From assembly GCA_964579945.1 (NCBI GenBank), contig CAZOIC010000001.1, positions 9,630-73,629 on the forward strand: a stretch of DNA of 64,000 nucleotides. The letters are read 5' to 3'. The notes below the pieces were generated by a model. The model was not told the origin of the DNA and searched no databases. It worked only from the letters and a program-made list of their open reading frames with translations. This stretch comes from an uncultured Syntrophomonas sp. (GTDB taxonomy: Bacteria > Bacillota > Syntrophomonadia > Syntrophomonadales > Syntrophomonadaceae). Made by a program: the position numbers and the translations under genes. Positions 62,976 through 64,000 of the stretch are shown here, in pieces. Every line of letters begins with the position of its first letter. Position 1 is the first letter of the stretch.

Positions 62976-63719
62976 ATGCAAGAAAAACTAACCGGGATAA
63001 ACAGCGTGATGGAGGCTTTGAAGGGCCGACGCAAGATAGATAAAATCTATATGCTGGAAAACCGCCAGGGTAAAAGAATGGAAGAAATGATTTACCTGGC
63101 CCAGAAAAAAGGGGTTTATGTCCAGTATGTAGATAAGCCACGGCTAGACCGCATGTCGCCCGGGGTTAACCACCAGGGGGTAATTGCCCTGGTTGAAAGT
63201 TATAACTATGCCCAGTTGGAAGAGGTACTACAACTGGCCCGGGATCGTAGGGAAGACCCTTTTATTCTTATTCTCGATGGACTGGAGGACCCGCAAAACC
63301 TGGGCTCTATCATAAGGACAGCCGAGTGTGCTGGCGTACATGGGATAGTTATTCCCCGCCATGGTTCCGCTGAAGTAAGTGAGGGCGTGGTACGAGCTTC
63401 GGCGGGTGCGGTTGAACATGTTCTGCTGGTACAGGAAACCAACCTGGTGAACACTATAAATAAGCTGAAAAATATGGGGCTGTGGGTGGCGGGTGCTGAT
63501 ATGGAGGCTGAAAAAGACTATTTTTCTATGCCCTTTCCAGCACCACTGGCTCTGGTTATAGGTTCCGAAGGGAAAGGTATCAGGCGGCTGGTAAAGGAAA
63601 ATTGTGATATAATGGTCAATATACCAATGAGAGGTAAACTTAATTCGCTTAATGCATCGGTTGCTGCTGCTTTGCTGATCTATGAAGTTTTACGTCAAAG
63701 AAAACAGAATGGGGAATAA
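62976..63719 (+). CDS. rlmB: 23S rRNA (guanosine-2'-O)-methyltransferase RlmB (SpoU/TrmH family)
   Basis: DPQNLGSIIRTA, LVIGSEGKGIR and LNASVAAAL. Confidence 0.9.
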   Translation: MQEKLTGINSVMEALKGRRKIDKIYMLENRQGKRMEEMIYLAQKKGVYVQYVDKPRLDRMSPGVNHQGVIALVESYNYAQLEEVLQLARDRREDPFILILDGLEDPQNLGSIIRTAECAGVHGIVIPRHGSAEVSEGVVRASAGAVEHVLLVQETNLVNTINKLKNMGLWVAGADMEAEKDYFSMPFPAPLALVIGSEGKGIRRLVKENCDIMVNIPMRGKLNSLNASVAAALLIYEVLRQRKQNGE

Positions 63720-63932
63720 TTAAGGAGAGGAATTAAAGCTACCAGAGCTGCATTAAGTGCATTAACGATGATATACGGGCAAATCTGAGAAGAATTTGCT
63801 GTGACCCGGCATAAAGGTCCCATACTATTGGCTTGACCTGTAACGGGACTGTAGCTATAATAAAATTGTGTACACTTCATGTAATTTCCGACTTTTTGCA
63901 TATTAATAACAAGATTTATGGAGGCGATTGAA

Positions 63933-64000
63933 TGTCTGGTTCTATCGCTACTGCTCAGAAATTATTTCTGGCATATACTGAGATGACTGATGAAGAAATC
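63933..64000 (+). CDS. sigH: Start of a sigma-70-family factor, probably SigH (only 22 codons are in the window)
   Basis: ATG 7 nt after GGAGG. MSGSIATAQKLFLAYTEMTDEEI resembles clostridial SigH N-termini (..M.DEEIV) and the position after rlmB matches B. subtilis. It is too short to be sure. Confidence 0.4.

Overview
This window looks like core chromosome of an endospore-forming Firmicute (Clostridia or Peptococcaceae-like by gene content), not an accessory island. About 70 genes are present and almost all are on the + strand. The order reproduces two Bacillus subtilis origin-flanking synteny blocks, here joined head to tail. Block 1 runs argS, rpoE-like, pyrG, spo0F, fba, tal, glpX, rho, rpmE, prfA, prmC, tsaC, mntP, ywlE/rpiB, glyA, the atp operon, ywmB, murA, spoIID, spoIIID, mbl and a flgG-like gene. 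Block 2 runs ctsR, mcsA, mcsB, clpC, radA, disA, yacL, ispD, ispF, gltX, cysE, cysS, mrnC, thyX, rlmB and a sigH start. I found no rRNA, tRNA, CRISPR array, transposase, integrase, prophage or recognisable defence genes, so I cannot point to a convincing new multi-gene system. Seven things seem worth a second look. (1) There are two perfect consensus parS 16-mers about 58 kb apart. The second lies inside a 329-bp inverted-repeat-bounded insert that also carries an unannotated 54-codon two-TM ORF, wedged between gltX and the cysE promoter and T-box. (2) A small family of hairpins has a conserved GGGACGGTTC loop and covarying stems. (3) A GTAG-hairpin inverted doublet (REPIN-like) sits after rpmE. 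(4) A 709-aa FtsA/PilM-like actin-fold protein carries a C-terminal array of VNG...DG[DN]R repeats that resemble ThiS/MoaD beta-grasp units. (5) The arginine phosphatase YwlE is fused to RpiB, in the same window as McsA, McsB and ClpC. (6) Two paralogous small membrane proteins follow atpC in tandem. (7) A tightly packed operon combines a radical-SAM protein, YhaM, a 4-OT tautomerase and a DUF1287 protein. All calls rest on reading the translations and sequence by eye; no database search or statistic was run.
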